Origin: Clostridia bacterium
GTDB lineage: Bacteria; Bacillota; Clostridia; Christensenellales; RUG350
Reading direction: 5' to 3'
DNA length: 44,524 nt
NCBI GenBank assembly: GCA_045538365.1
Contig: JAZSRG010000171.1
Coordinates: 1 to 44,524, forward strand
Shown here piece by piece: positions 27,010 through 34,684 of this stretch. Each line of letters opens with the position of its first letter. Position 1 is the stretch's first letter. The notes under the pieces are model-generated. The model was given only the letters and a program-made list of their open reading frames with translations. It searched no databases and was not told where the DNA came from. A program made the position numbers and the translations under genes.

Positions 27010-28842
27010 ATGGGAACGTATGAAGATTTAAAAAAAGCCATTCAAGCCGTTATAAAAACTAACGGAAATAATGAAATTACGGGCGAATTACTGCAACAAA
27101 CACTTTTGGCAATCGTTAATACTATTGGGAAAAATGCAACCTATGCAGGGGTTGCAACCCCAACGACCAATCCGGGTTCGCCAGACCAAAATGTTATATA
27201 TTTGGCAGTTGCCCCCGGAAATTATGCGAACTTCAATGCTATCGCATTATCGCCCGGAGAAATTGCAATCATTTCTAATAACAACGGTTTTTGGGAAAAA
27301 CACACGCTTTCCCCAATTAATTATACGCCGATTACCTATGCTGAATTGGTAAATTTAAGAAATGGCGGTGGGTTGTTTCCGGGGTATTATTACCGAATAA
27401 CAGATTACGAAACTACAACCACACAAGCAAACACGCGTGCGGCGGGACATTTATTTGATATTGTCGTTTTGGCATTGTCACCAAATGAACTTTCGGAACG
27501 CGCATGGGCTGTACATTCTGAAAGGGATGTTGACGGGTACTTTTCAAATTCAAATCTTTCAGCGTGGGAAATATGGTACGCGTTGAATAACGATTCGGAA
27601 CGTTTCGCATGGGCTGATGTGAATAACGGAAAGGGCGTTATTTATCGCATGGTTGACGAATGGAATAACGATTGTCCGTATGACTTTAAGAACATTATAA
27701 TCGTTAACAATTATAGTTTTCAATATTTTCAATGGGGGCAAACTTATCAATTTATTCGAAATGAAAGCATTGATATTGTTATTGACAATATACAATATTA
27801 TGGCTATACTTCTAACAAGGTACCGAGTGCATGGAACAATGGTAATTGTTGGCTTATAGATGAAATCCCGTCTATTGATAGCGTACTATATAAAAATGAT
27901 GGTTCTGTTATTTCTTATGGCGGGACAATTCGAAAGGTAAATTCTGTGTATAGTGCAAACTATACTTTTGAAGGTGCTAATGATTTAGTCGGAAGGAGTA
28001 CGCAAAATACCATTCGACCGTATATAATAAACGACAAAAGACATATTAACAACATAACTTTTCGCGATATTTGCCATGGCAACACTTTCGGTGATAATTG
28101 CAGTAGTAACGTTTTAGGTCAAAACTGCAGTAATAACACATTCGGCAATGGTTGCAGTAATAACACATTCGGCAATGGTTGCGATAGTAACACATTCGGC
28201 AATAATTGCAGTGGTAACACATTCGACGATGAATGTAGTAGTAACACTTTCGGTGATAATTGCAGCAATAACACTTTCGGTATTTATTGCAGCAATAACA
28301 CTTTCGGCGATGAATGTAGTAGTAACACTTTCGGTGATAATTGCAGCAATAACACTTTCGGCGACCGTTGCAATAGTAACACTTTCGGTATTTATTGCAG
28401 CAATAACACTTTCGGCGATGAATGTAGTAGTAACACTTTCGGCGACCGTTGCAATAGTAACACTTTCGGCAATGAATGTAGAAGTAACACATTCGGCAAT
28501 GGTTGCGGCAATAACACTTTCGGTATTTATTGCAGCAATAACACTTTCGGCGATGAATGTAGTAGTAACACTTTCGGCAATGATTGCTATGATAATGCAA
28601 TGCTTGCATACGCACGATATAACACATTCGGCAATGGCGTACAACGCATGAATCTTATATCAGCAGCACCCGGTAGCGCGTTAAATTTCGCGCAAAATTA
28701 TCGCATTACTAATGGCTTACAGGCAGGATCGGGAGGTTCAGCGCAAATCATACAAGTTGAACGAAACAGAAATTACGAAACAACCATTGGTAGAAATAGT
28801 GCCGGGAATATTAAACAATTTTGCGTTGCTGATATGTTTTAA
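27010..28842 (+). CDS. Tail fiber / receptor-binding protein candidate with NTFGxxCxx nonapeptide repeat array
   Basis: Last large gene of the tail module. About 21 tandem 9-aa repeats lie in the C-terminal third. Confidence 0.65.
   Translation: MGTYEDLKKAIQAVIKTNGNNEITGELLQQTLLAIVNTIGKNATYAGVATPTTNPGSPDQNVIYLAVAPGNYANFNAIALSPGEIAIISNNNGFWEKHTLSPINYTPITYAELVNLRNGGGLFPGYYYRITDYETTTTQANTRAAGHLFDIVVLALSPNELSERAWAVHSERDVDGYFSNSNLSAWEIWYALNNDSERFAWADVNNGKGVIYRMVDEWNNDCPYDFKNIIIVNNYSFQYFQWGQTYQFIRNESIDIVIDNIQYYGYTSNKVPSAWNNGNCWLIDEIPSIDSVLYKNDGSVISYGGTIRKVNSVYSANYTFEGANDLVGRSTQNTIRPYIINDKRHINNITFRDICHGNTFGDNCSSNVLGQNCSNNTFGNGCSNNTFGNGCDSNTFGNNCSGNTFDDECSSNTFGDNCSNNTFGIYCSNNTFGDECSSNTFGDNCSNNTFGDRCNSNTFGIYCSNNTFGDECSSNTFGDRCNSNTFGNECRSNTFGNGCGNNTFGIYCSNNTFGDECSSNTFGNDCYDNAMLAYARYNTFGNGVQRMNLISAAPGSALNFAQNYRITNGLQAGSGGSAQIIQVERNRNYETTIGRNSAGNIKQFCVADMF
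28081..28647 (+). repeat. In-frame tandem repeat array, 21 x 27 nt (NTFG-x-x-C-x-x)
   Basis: aacac(t/a)ttcgg recurs every 27 nt. Exact 65-nt blocks occur at 28270-28334, 28378-28442 and 28513-28577. Confidence 0.95.
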
Positions 28843-28855
28843 CAACTATTTAACA

Positions 28856-29317
28856 ATGAACTTACATTTTAATATTACCCAAGATTTGGGACACGGCATA
28901 ACAATAATATTTATATGCTGTATTATGATAATCTTTGCCGTATTGCTTGACCTCAATACGGGAATCAATGCGGCAAAGAAAGCGAAAGAAAAGATAAAAA
29001 GCCGCATTTTGCGCCGGACGGTCACAAAGATAGTTGACTATTACCGCATTTTGTTTTTCGGCGTTATGGTTGACGTTTTGGGGTTATGCTTTCCGTGGTA
29101 TTACATCCCGTATCTTGCAATCGTCGTGACGTTGGGTATTATATGCGTTGAAGCGAAAAGCGTATTGGAGAATTACCATAAAAGCAAGAGCGCGGCGCGT
29201 GAATTGCCCGATACCATATTGCAGATTATCAAATGCGCCAATAAAGAGGATGCGGCAAAGATTGTTGAATTTATCAAGCAAAATGCCAATGAATCAAAAG
29301 TTAATCCCGATTCTTGA
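28856..29317 (+). CDS. Holin (Phage_holin_4_1-like)
   Basis: Three TM segments, a DLNTG motif after TM1 and EAKSVLEN after TM3. Lies directly upstream of the amidase. The track start 28712 overlaps the fiber gene. Confidence 0.6.
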   Translation: MNLHFNITQDLGHGITIIFICCIMIIFAVLLDLNTGINAAKKAKEKIKSRILRRTVTKIVDYYRILFFGVMVDVLGLCFPWYYIPYLAIVVTLGIICVEAKSVLENYHKSKSAARELPDTILQIIKCANKEDAAKIVEFIKQNANESKVNPDS

Positions 29318-29885
29318 CAAAGGACATGGGAAAGATACGCCCGGCAAATGTTCCCTCCGATTTGGAGGGAATTTACCTATTTTATACGAATGGGAATTTA
29401 ACCGGGATGTTGTAGGGCGGATTTGTCGAATGTGCCAAGATGCAGGCATTGAATATTGGTTGTTAGCCCCGGAACAAAACGACATCCCATTACAAGAGCG
29501 TTGCGAACGTGCAAACCGCATTTATGAGGAAACCGGGGGCAAATGCTTTTTGTTGACCATACACGCGAACGCCGGGGGCGGCACGGGTTGGGAATGCTAT
29601 ACGACAAAGGGCGAAACAAAATCCGACCGAATAGCCGAAATTTTGGCGGACGAATGGCGGGCGGAATTTGGCGACCAATGGAAAATCCGGGCGGACTATT
29701 CCGACGGGGACGCAGACAAAGAAAGCCAATTTTATATTTTGCGACACACGAAATGCCCGGCGGTATTGTCTGAAAATTTGTTTATGGATAATTACAAAGA
29801 TTATCAATTTCTAATGACAGACGCAGGACGTGAACGGATTGCAAAGGTACATTTTGAAACAATTAAACGACTGATTTATGAATAA
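29283..29885 (+). CDS. N-acetylmuramoyl-L-alanine amidase (endolysin)
   Basis: ILDKGHGKDTPGK ... LLTIHANAGGGTG ... YILRHTKCPAVLSENLFMDN are amidase_3-type motifs. The start is ATG 29283 or 29289. Confidence 0.8.
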   Translation: MPMNQKLIPILDKGHGKDTPGKCSLRFGGNLPILYEWEFNRDVVGRICRMCQDAGIEYWLLAPEQNDIPLQERCERANRIYEETGGKCFLLTIHANAGGGTGWECYTTKGETKSDRIAEILADEWRAEFGDQWKIRADYSDGDADKESQFYILRHTKCPAVLSENLFMDNYKDYQFLMTDAGRERIAKVHFETIKRLIYE

Positions 29886-30303
29886 GCAACAAATTATGCA
29901 AGCAATTGACATGTTCGTTACCGGGCAAGGCAACCAAGCCGGATTGCAAGGATTGGCGGACATCTTACACGCATTGAACAACGAAACGGAAACGGTTGTA
30001 ATGGCTGATATTCCATATATCGTTAATATTTCCGCATTGCAGACCGTGGAAATGACAGCCGAGCAAGCAACGGCGGCGGGCTTCACTATGGAAATGATAA
30101 TGGAACTTACACGGATAGCGCACCCGACAATCAAGTTTTCGGATATGGTCGTAACATTCAACGCATACGAACAGATAAGCAACGAATTATCAATTTGGAC
30201 GGGGATAGTTTACGACGCGCCCGCCGATACCGTTTATCATTGCGCGTTATATCTGTATTATGACGGACGCATTTTATATAATGTGGACGTAATGCAACAT
30301 TAA
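29878..30303 (+). CDS. Hypothetical protein (141 aa)
   Basis: ATG ORF overlapping the endolysin stop. Confidence 0.6.
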   Translation: MNKQQIMQAIDMFVTGQGNQAGLQGLADILHALNNETETVVMADIPYIVNISALQTVEMTAEQATAAGFTMEMIMELTRIAHPTIKFSDMVVTFNAYEQISNELSIWTGIVYDAPADTVYHCALYLYYDGRILYNVDVMQH

Positions 30304-30322
30304 CCCATAAATTAAAAACATC

Positions 30323-30709
30323 ATGACAAAGTACGAGAAATTGGACTACCTGCAAAAGTATGTAGCAAGTCAAGGAACGCAAGCCGGATTAAGTATTGCG
30401 CCGTTGCTTCAATCAATCATTGAGGAAAACGAAGATATTTTTGACGTGCAAGTTGAGGACACAGAAGTTAACGACCGTTTGGTTATCAATGAGCAAATCG
30501 CCATTGACGAATTTATTGACGCGGTTAACGCTGACCCACTCCACAACAAAGCGCGTGTAAGTTTTCCGGGCGTTGTCCTTTCATTCGCACAAATGGAGTT
30601 TGAGGACGACCAAGTTAACGCAATGGTTGAGTTGACCGGGGGCAAATATTCGCTTACTTTGAGCAAAACGCCGGGTAATTCGCAATTGGTATTCACTCCA
30701 AACGCATAA
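30323..30709 (+). CDS. Hypothetical protein (128 aa), acidic
   Basis: ATG ORF. Confidence 0.6.
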   Translation: MTKYEKLDYLQKYVASQGTQAGLSIAPLLQSIIEENEDIFDVQVEDTEVNDRLVINEQIAIDEFIDAVNADPLHNKARVSFPGVVLSFAQMEFEDDQVNAMVELTGGKYSLTLSKTPGNSQLVFTPNA

Positions 30710-30713
30710 GGTT

Positions 30714-31334
30714 ATGAAAAAATGGTTTTACATTGCCATTGCCGCCGCAATTTTGGCGGTCGTGGCTGTTATTTGGGGGCAATCCGCCCGGATAACGCAA
30801 TTAAAAGACGAACGCAACACGTACCGAACCAATACGGAAACGCTTTTGTTAGACGTGGAGCGTTACCAAACAAAAGATTCATTGAACGCCGCCAAAGTGG
30901 GCGAATTGGAATTGAAGTTGTCCGAATATGAACGTTACAGAGCCGACGACGCGGCATTGATTCGGACGCTGAAAGCCAAAAACAAGGAATTGCAAGCCGT
31001 GACAACCGCACAATTGGAAACGATTACAGAGTTACGCGGAACGGTCAAAGATTCCATTGTTTATTTGCCGGGCGATACGGTTAAAATTTACGCAAAATGC
31101 ATTGATGTTGTCGAACCATATATTGAGTTGCACGGATGCGCAACGCCGGACAATCAATTTTCGGGTACTATTATAACACGCGATTCCCTTTTGATTACGG
31201 AAATGGTCGAATATAAACGATTTTGGGGCTTTCTATGGAAAACGAAACAGATTAAAGACCGCGAATTTGACATTGTTAGCCGCAATCCATATACAAATAT
31301 TGTTGGTTTTGAGGTTGTAACCGTGGAAAAATAG
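30714..31334 (+). CDS. Type II membrane protein with coiled coil; spanin-like candidate
   Basis: N-terminal TM segment (FYIAIAAAILAVVAVIWG) followed by a coiled coil. Last gene of the lysis module. Confidence 0.45.
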   Translation: MKKWFYIAIAAAILAVVAVIWGQSARITQLKDERNTYRTNTETLLLDVERYQTKDSLNAAKVGELELKLSEYERYRADDAALIRTLKAKNKELQAVTTAQLETITELRGTVKDSIVYLPGDTVKIYAKCIDVVEPYIELHGCATPDNQFSGTIITRDSLLITEMVEYKRFWGFLWKTKQIKDREFDIVSRNPYTNIVGFEVVTVEK

Positions 31335-31377
31335 TATATTTGCATCGTGACATAAGATAAGCCATTTAAGTAGAGTG

Positions 31378-31414
31378 AAAAACCGGGAATGTCGTGAGAT
31401 AATCCCGGTTTTTT
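31378..31414 (+). terminator. Intrinsic terminator T1 (bidirectional shape)
   Basis: AAAAACCGGGA-14 nt-TCCCGGTTTTTT. Confidence 0.75.
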
Positions 31415-31463
31415 AATATCTTTGTTTCGCCGTTAACTTTACTTGTTAATCTTTCTCAATGTT

Positions 31464-31498
31464 CCCCGGTAGTCCCTTTATGGATTATCGGGGTTTTT
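31464..31498 (+). terminator. Intrinsic terminator T2
   Basis: 12-bp stem CCCCGGTAGTCC / GGATTATCGGGG (two G-U pairs), 6-nt loop, then TTTTT. Confidence 0.75.
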
Positions 31499-31540
31499 CT
31501 TATTTTTGCATTGCCTTTTTTAAAATACTTTGACATTATC

Positions 31541-31576
31541 AACCGGGGAACGTTGCGAAATGCGCCCCGGTTTTTC
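31541..31576 (+). terminator. Intrinsic terminator T3
   Basis: AACCGGGG-16 nt-CCCCGGTT followed by TTT CT. Confidence 0.7.
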
Positions 31577-31645
31577 TATTTGGGACATAAACGCCCCAAA
31601 TTCGCGTTTTCTTTTCAAAGTGGATAAATTATATATCCCGTCGGA

Positions 31646-31682
31646 AAAAGTCGCTTAAAACGCAAATTCGGGGAAAATAACA
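31646..31682 (+). repeat. 37-nt conserved element, copy B (see 9331..9367)
   Basis: 33/37 identity with copy A. Both copies sit in the two large intergenic regions that separate the early and late blocks. Confidence 0.8.
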
Positions 31683-31730
31683 TGAAAAATCAAAATTTTA
31701 TGCAATTTCTTTGAAAATTAAAATAAAACT

Positions 31731-31761
31731 TTTGGAAATTAAAAATAATTGATTACCTTTG
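31731..31761 (+). promoter_or_regulatory. Early promoter P1 (Bacteroidota sigma-A type)
   Basis: TTTG (31731-34), 19-nt spacer, TACCTTTG (31754-61). Part of a repeated cassette of about 45 bp. Confidence 0.75.
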
Positions 31762-31786
31762 CACCATACAAATAAAACAACAGCGA

Positions 31787-31802
31787 CCCGGCGCATTCCG
31801 GG
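31787..31802 (+). promoter_or_regulatory. Early-leader hairpin copy 2 (CCCGG-CGCATT-CCGGG), 18 nt upstream of ATG 31821
   Basis: The stem is swapped relative to copy 1, so pairing is preserved. Confidence 0.7.
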
Positions 31803-31820
31803 AAAGTAACAGAAAGCAAA

Positions 31821-32066
31821 ATGACAACATCAATTTACAACGGTTTGGAGTACACAACAACAGAGATTAACCGCAACTATAAAATTAAGGTTTACGGATA
31901 TGTTGACGGAATCAAGATTAACAAGTTGGTAGGCGTTCGCGGTCTTATACAGTTAATCGGCGTTGAAATGGCTAACAAGATGTTGCGCCGCGCTTTCCGT
32001 TGCATGGACGATGTGCAGGTTTGCAAACTTCGTCGCGGTATTAAGATTTCGTTTTATTCATGCTAA
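31821..32066 (+). CDS. Hypothetical early protein (81 aa)
   Basis: ATG ORF downstream of P1 and the hairpin. Confidence 0.65.
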   Translation: MTTSIYNGLEYTTTEINRNYKIKVYGYVDGIKINKLVGVRGLIQLIGVEMANKMLRRAFRCMDDVQVCKLRRGIKISFYSC

Positions 32067-32075
32067 TTCATTCGA

Positions 32076-32091
32076 CCGGGCGATTTCCCGG
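32076..32091 (+). promoter_or_regulatory. Early-leader hairpin copy 3 (CCGGG-CGATTT-CCCGG), 20 nt upstream of ATG 32112
   Basis: Intercistronic, with no promoter in between. Confidence 0.7.
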
Positions 32092-32111
32092 AAACTTAAT
32101 ATTATATCATT

Positions 32112-32348
32112 ATGGCAACAAAAATTTCACACGTTGGCGAAGTATTTAGTTATTACATGGCGGGAATTAATTTTATCTATATTCCGCAAACTATTGAACC
32201 GGAGGGGGAGAAATTCGCGTCGGAATCTTATGAGGGGCGCAAAATTATGATTTATTCCGACGGGCAATCATCTAACGTATATTGGTGCGCTGATAAAGCC
32301 GCATTTGATTCTTTCGTTGAAAGTGGAAAATATATTAAAATACGATAG
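32112..32348 (+). CDS. Hypothetical early protein (78 aa)
   Basis: ATG ORF. Confidence 0.65.
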   Translation: MATKISHVGEVFSYYMAGINFIYIPQTIEPEGEKFASESYEGRKIMIYSDGQSSNVYWCADKAAFDSFVESGKYIKIR

Positions 32349-32349
32349 T

Positions 32350-32787
32350 ATGGCAACATTTCATACAAACGCGGATTATTACAAAGCCGCCCCGAACTTT
32401 GAGCCAACACAGCCCAACCCCACGGAAAAGGTTGGGCGGGCTACGAAAAAAGCGGATTGCGTCGTTAGGGCTTTTTCTATCGTAACCGGATATTCATGGT
32501 TGGAATCGTTCGACATTTTGGCGGAACATGCCCGCCGGACTTACAACATGGTTAACGACCCATTGAATTATTACGAAGTACTCCGGGAACGTGGATATAA
32601 AGAATACACAGAAAAAGCGGTTAAGGGTAAAAAGCGTTTGACCGTTGAGCAATTCGCGCAACAGCACCCAACCGGGCGTTATCTTGTTAAAGTGGCGCAC
32701 CATTTAACCGCCGTTGTTGACGGGGTAATAAAAGACGTATGGAACACGTCTAACGAAGTTGTTTATAAATATTTTGAAGTTGTTTGA
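32350..32787 (+). CDS. Hypothetical protein with papain-fold-like Cys...His pattern (145 aa)
   Basis: KKADCVVRAFSIVTG ... VAHHLTAVVDGVIKDVWN resembles C39/papain-like peptidases (weak). ATG 32350 follows the upstream stop. Confidence 0.6.
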   Translation: MATFHTNADYYKAAPNFEPTQPNPTEKVGRATKKADCVVRAFSIVTGYSWLESFDILAEHARRTYNMVNDPLNYYEVLRERGYKEYTEKAVKGKKRLTVEQFAQQHPTGRYLVKVAHHLTAVVDGVIKDVWNTSNEVVYKYFEVV

Positions 32788-32788
32788 T

Positions 32789-33052
32789 ATGGCAAAAGTT
32801 ATTCAAAGTGAAAAAGGTTTTAAACTAATTGAAGTAAGTTGGTTGGAAATTGTGGAATTGGGCGGATTAGGTATTTGCGATTCATGCGGAAAAACAGCGG
32901 GAACCGGGGTTTATATTGCCGTCTTAAATTCATGGTATTGTAAAGAATGTTTTGAAAAATGGCACAAAAGGGCAAAACATTACGCACAAGATTCAAGAAT
33001 TGAGGAATCTAATTTTAATGTGTATAAATCATTATTACGTCCTAAAAGATAA
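32789..33052 (+). CDS. Small zinc-binding-like protein (87 aa)
   Basis: CDSCGK ... CKECFEKWH gives two CxxC pairs. ATG 32789 lies 1 nt after the upstream stop. Confidence 0.6.
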   Translation: MAKVIQSEKGFKLIEVSWLEIVELGGLGICDSCGKTAGTGVYIAVLNSWYCKECFEKWHKRAKHYAQDSRIEESNFNVYKSLLRPKR

Positions 33053-33339
33053 TGGCAAAACAGAAAACGCGGGAAAGTCAGTATAACGACATCTTGCAAC
33101 GTTGGCACGATACCAATATTTTGAAATGTGATGTTTTGGGGTTTGTCTTTCCGGGAAACTATATTATCAAATTCCATTACGCGACATTATCCGAACATTT
33201 ACGCGGGTATATTTACGACACAATCGGCGACCGGGTTATTATGGTAATGCCTAAAAATAGCCCAATGATACCGCGAATTAAGAAAATAGCCGAAATATAC
33301 GGCGGTATAGAATACACTCCGAATTTAAAAACGGTATGA
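33052..33339 (+). CDS. Hypothetical protein (95 aa)
   Basis: TAATG coupling. Confidence 0.6.
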   Translation: MAKQKTRESQYNDILQRWHDTNILKCDVLGFVFPGNYIIKFHYATLSEHLRGYIYDTIGDRVIMVMPKNSPMIPRIKKIAEIYGGIEYTPNLKTV

Positions 33340-33340
33340 T

Positions 33341-33694
33341 ATGGAAACTAACAGCATGACAAAGAAAAAATTGATTGAATCGGTTATTGATTCGATAAAG
33401 AGGTTGCAGAAGTACGACACGCAATTTTATCAACTTGAACCCGAAACGTATTACAAGGCATTGAACCGCCGGGCGTTGACAGAATTAGACGCGGAATTAA
33501 AACGCCGTTTGAAAATGGCGGCATGGGTTGAGGGATTAGGCGGGCGAATTATTCCGCGTGCTATGGCAATTGAAATGCAATTGAAAAAGGTTGTTAAATC
33601 CGGCGAACTCTGTGAATACGTGGGTTTGGGATTTGCCAAAATAAAAGATGCAAGCGAAAGGGATGTAAGGACATATTATAACATCATTTCATAA
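33341..33694 (+). CDS. Hypothetical protein (117 aa)
   Basis: ATG 1 nt after the upstream stop. Confidence 0.6.
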   Translation: METNSMTKKKLIESVIDSIKRLQKYDTQFYQLEPETYYKALNRRALTELDAELKRRLKMAAWVEGLGGRIIPRAMAIEMQLKKVVKSGELCEYVGLGFAKIKDASERDVRTYYNIIS

Positions 33695-34173
33695 TGAATC
33701 CGTTAATTGAGGAAATACAAGGGTGGGCGAAATTATGCACCGGGAAACAACGGGAATTTTACCGGGATATGTTGGAAGTCGCAAAGCCCGTTGAAGTCGT
33801 CCGCGCTGTTGACGTGTTGACCCCGGAACAAATGGATTATCTTTTGCGTGTTGTAAACCCCCGCCCGAAACATTGTTATCGAAATGCGTATTTATTGGCG
33901 CAAGGATTCCCGGACGAAATACAATATTGCGAATGTAAAGTTGCAATACCTTTCGGCATAGACCACGCAATTAACAAGGTCGGCGACAAATACATTGATA
34001 TAACATTTGAATTTGCGTTGGAAGATTGCCCCCCGGAATGTTACGATTACGTTGTTATTGGGGAATGGGAGGTTGACGAAGTGCGCCGCATGGTTCGCAA
34101 AACCGGGATGTATGGCGACATGTACGCCCGGACATATTGGGAAAGCCATAAAAAGACCCCCGCCGTTCAGTAA
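33694..34173 (+). CDS. Hypothetical protein with Cys/His/Asp pattern (159 aa)
   Basis: PKHCYRNAYLLAQ ... GIDHAINKVGDKYIDITFE could be a cysteine hydrolase fold (weak). Confidence 0.6.
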   Translation: MNPLIEEIQGWAKLCTGKQREFYRDMLEVAKPVEVVRAVDVLTPEQMDYLLRVVNPRPKHCYRNAYLLAQGFPDEIQYCECKVAIPFGIDHAINKVGDKYIDITFEFALEDCPPECYDYVVIGEWEVDEVRRMVRKTGMYGDMYARTYWESHKKTPAVQ

Positions 34174-34185
34174 GGACGACGGGGG
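34157..34185 (+). terminator. Hairpin overlapping the stop codon; weak terminator
   Basis: CCCCCGCCGT-9 nt-ACGACGGGGG (one mismatch). The T tract is poor. Confidence 0.35.
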
Positions 34186-34293
34186 AACGCTTTATGTATA
34201 AGAGCGAAAACGTAAAGCGATGCGCAAAAATAGGTATTTTTAACCGGGAAAATCAAAAATTTAGATAAAATCGCATAAAATTAAATTAAAACC

Positions 34294-34324
34294 TTTGGAA
34301 ATTAAAAATAAATATCTACCTTTG
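34294..34324 (+). promoter_or_regulatory. Early promoter P2
   Basis: TTTG (34294-97), 19-nt spacer, TACCTTTG (34317-24). Same cassette as P1 (cctttggaaattaaaaata). Confidence 0.75.
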
Positions 34325-34350
34325 CATCGTTGGAATGAGCCAACGACCGA

Positions 34351-34367
34351 CCGGGCGGGATTCCCGG
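34351..34367 (+). promoter_or_regulatory. Early-leader hairpin copy 4 (CCGGG-CGGGATT-CCCGG), 19 nt upstream of ATG 34387
   Basis: 7-nt loop variant. Confidence 0.7.
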
Positions 34368-34386
34368 AACTTACCGTTTTTTTGTT

Positions 34387-34596
34387 ATGGGTGCAAATAT
34401 TTCAAATATCAATGTTAAAGAATATCGCTTAATGTATCTTTTTGGCGCGTGGGTAACTAAAGAAGTTATTATTGCGGAAACAGACAACGAAGCAATTTTT
34501 GACGCTGACGAAGCATTTGCAAACAGCAATTTGGCAAATTGGAAATATGGCGTTGCGCTGTTTTGCGGAAATCGCAAAGTCAAGCAATACAGATAA
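34387..34596 (+). CDS. Hypothetical early protein (69 aa)
   Basis: ATG ORF downstream of P2 and the hairpin. Confidence 0.6.
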   Translation: MGANISNINVKEYRLMYLFGAWVTKEVIIAETDNEAIFDADEAFANSNLANWKYGVALFCGNRKVKQYR

Positions 34597-34603
34597 TTGG
34601 AAT

Positions 34604-34675
34604 TGGGATTTGGTGTAATGGTTAGCACATTAGATTTTGGTTCTGACAATCCGGGTTCGATTCCCGGAATCCCAA
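34604..34675 (+). tRNA. trnQ: tRNA-Gln (anticodon UUG)
   Basis: Hand-folded cloverleaf: acceptor TGGGATT/AATCCCA, D arm GTGT-AATGGTTA-GCAC, anticodon arm TTAGA-TTTTGGT-TCTGA, variable loop CAAT, T arm CCGGG-TTCGATT-CCCGG, discriminator A. CCA is not encoded. Confidence 0.85.
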
Positions 34676-34684
34676 CTAAACCGA

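Noticed and set aside
28081-28647. Possible CRISPR array, because of the regularly spaced repeats.
   Set aside because: The period is 27 nt with no repeat/spacer alternation, it is perfectly in frame inside a 610-aa ORF, and no cas genes are present.
28046-28651. Long ORFs in the fiber repeat region: two on the minus strand (28046..28627, C/Y-rich; 28114..28644) and one in an alternative + frame (28148..28651).
   Set aside because: They exist only because the 27-nt coding repeat lacks stop codons in other frames. Their translations are pure low-complexity echoes of the NTFGxxCxx array.
27010-28842. Diversity-generating retroelement targeting the fiber gene.
   Set aside because: There is no reverse transcriptase gene and no template-repeat copy elsewhere in the window. 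The variability is explained by tandem-repeat recombination.
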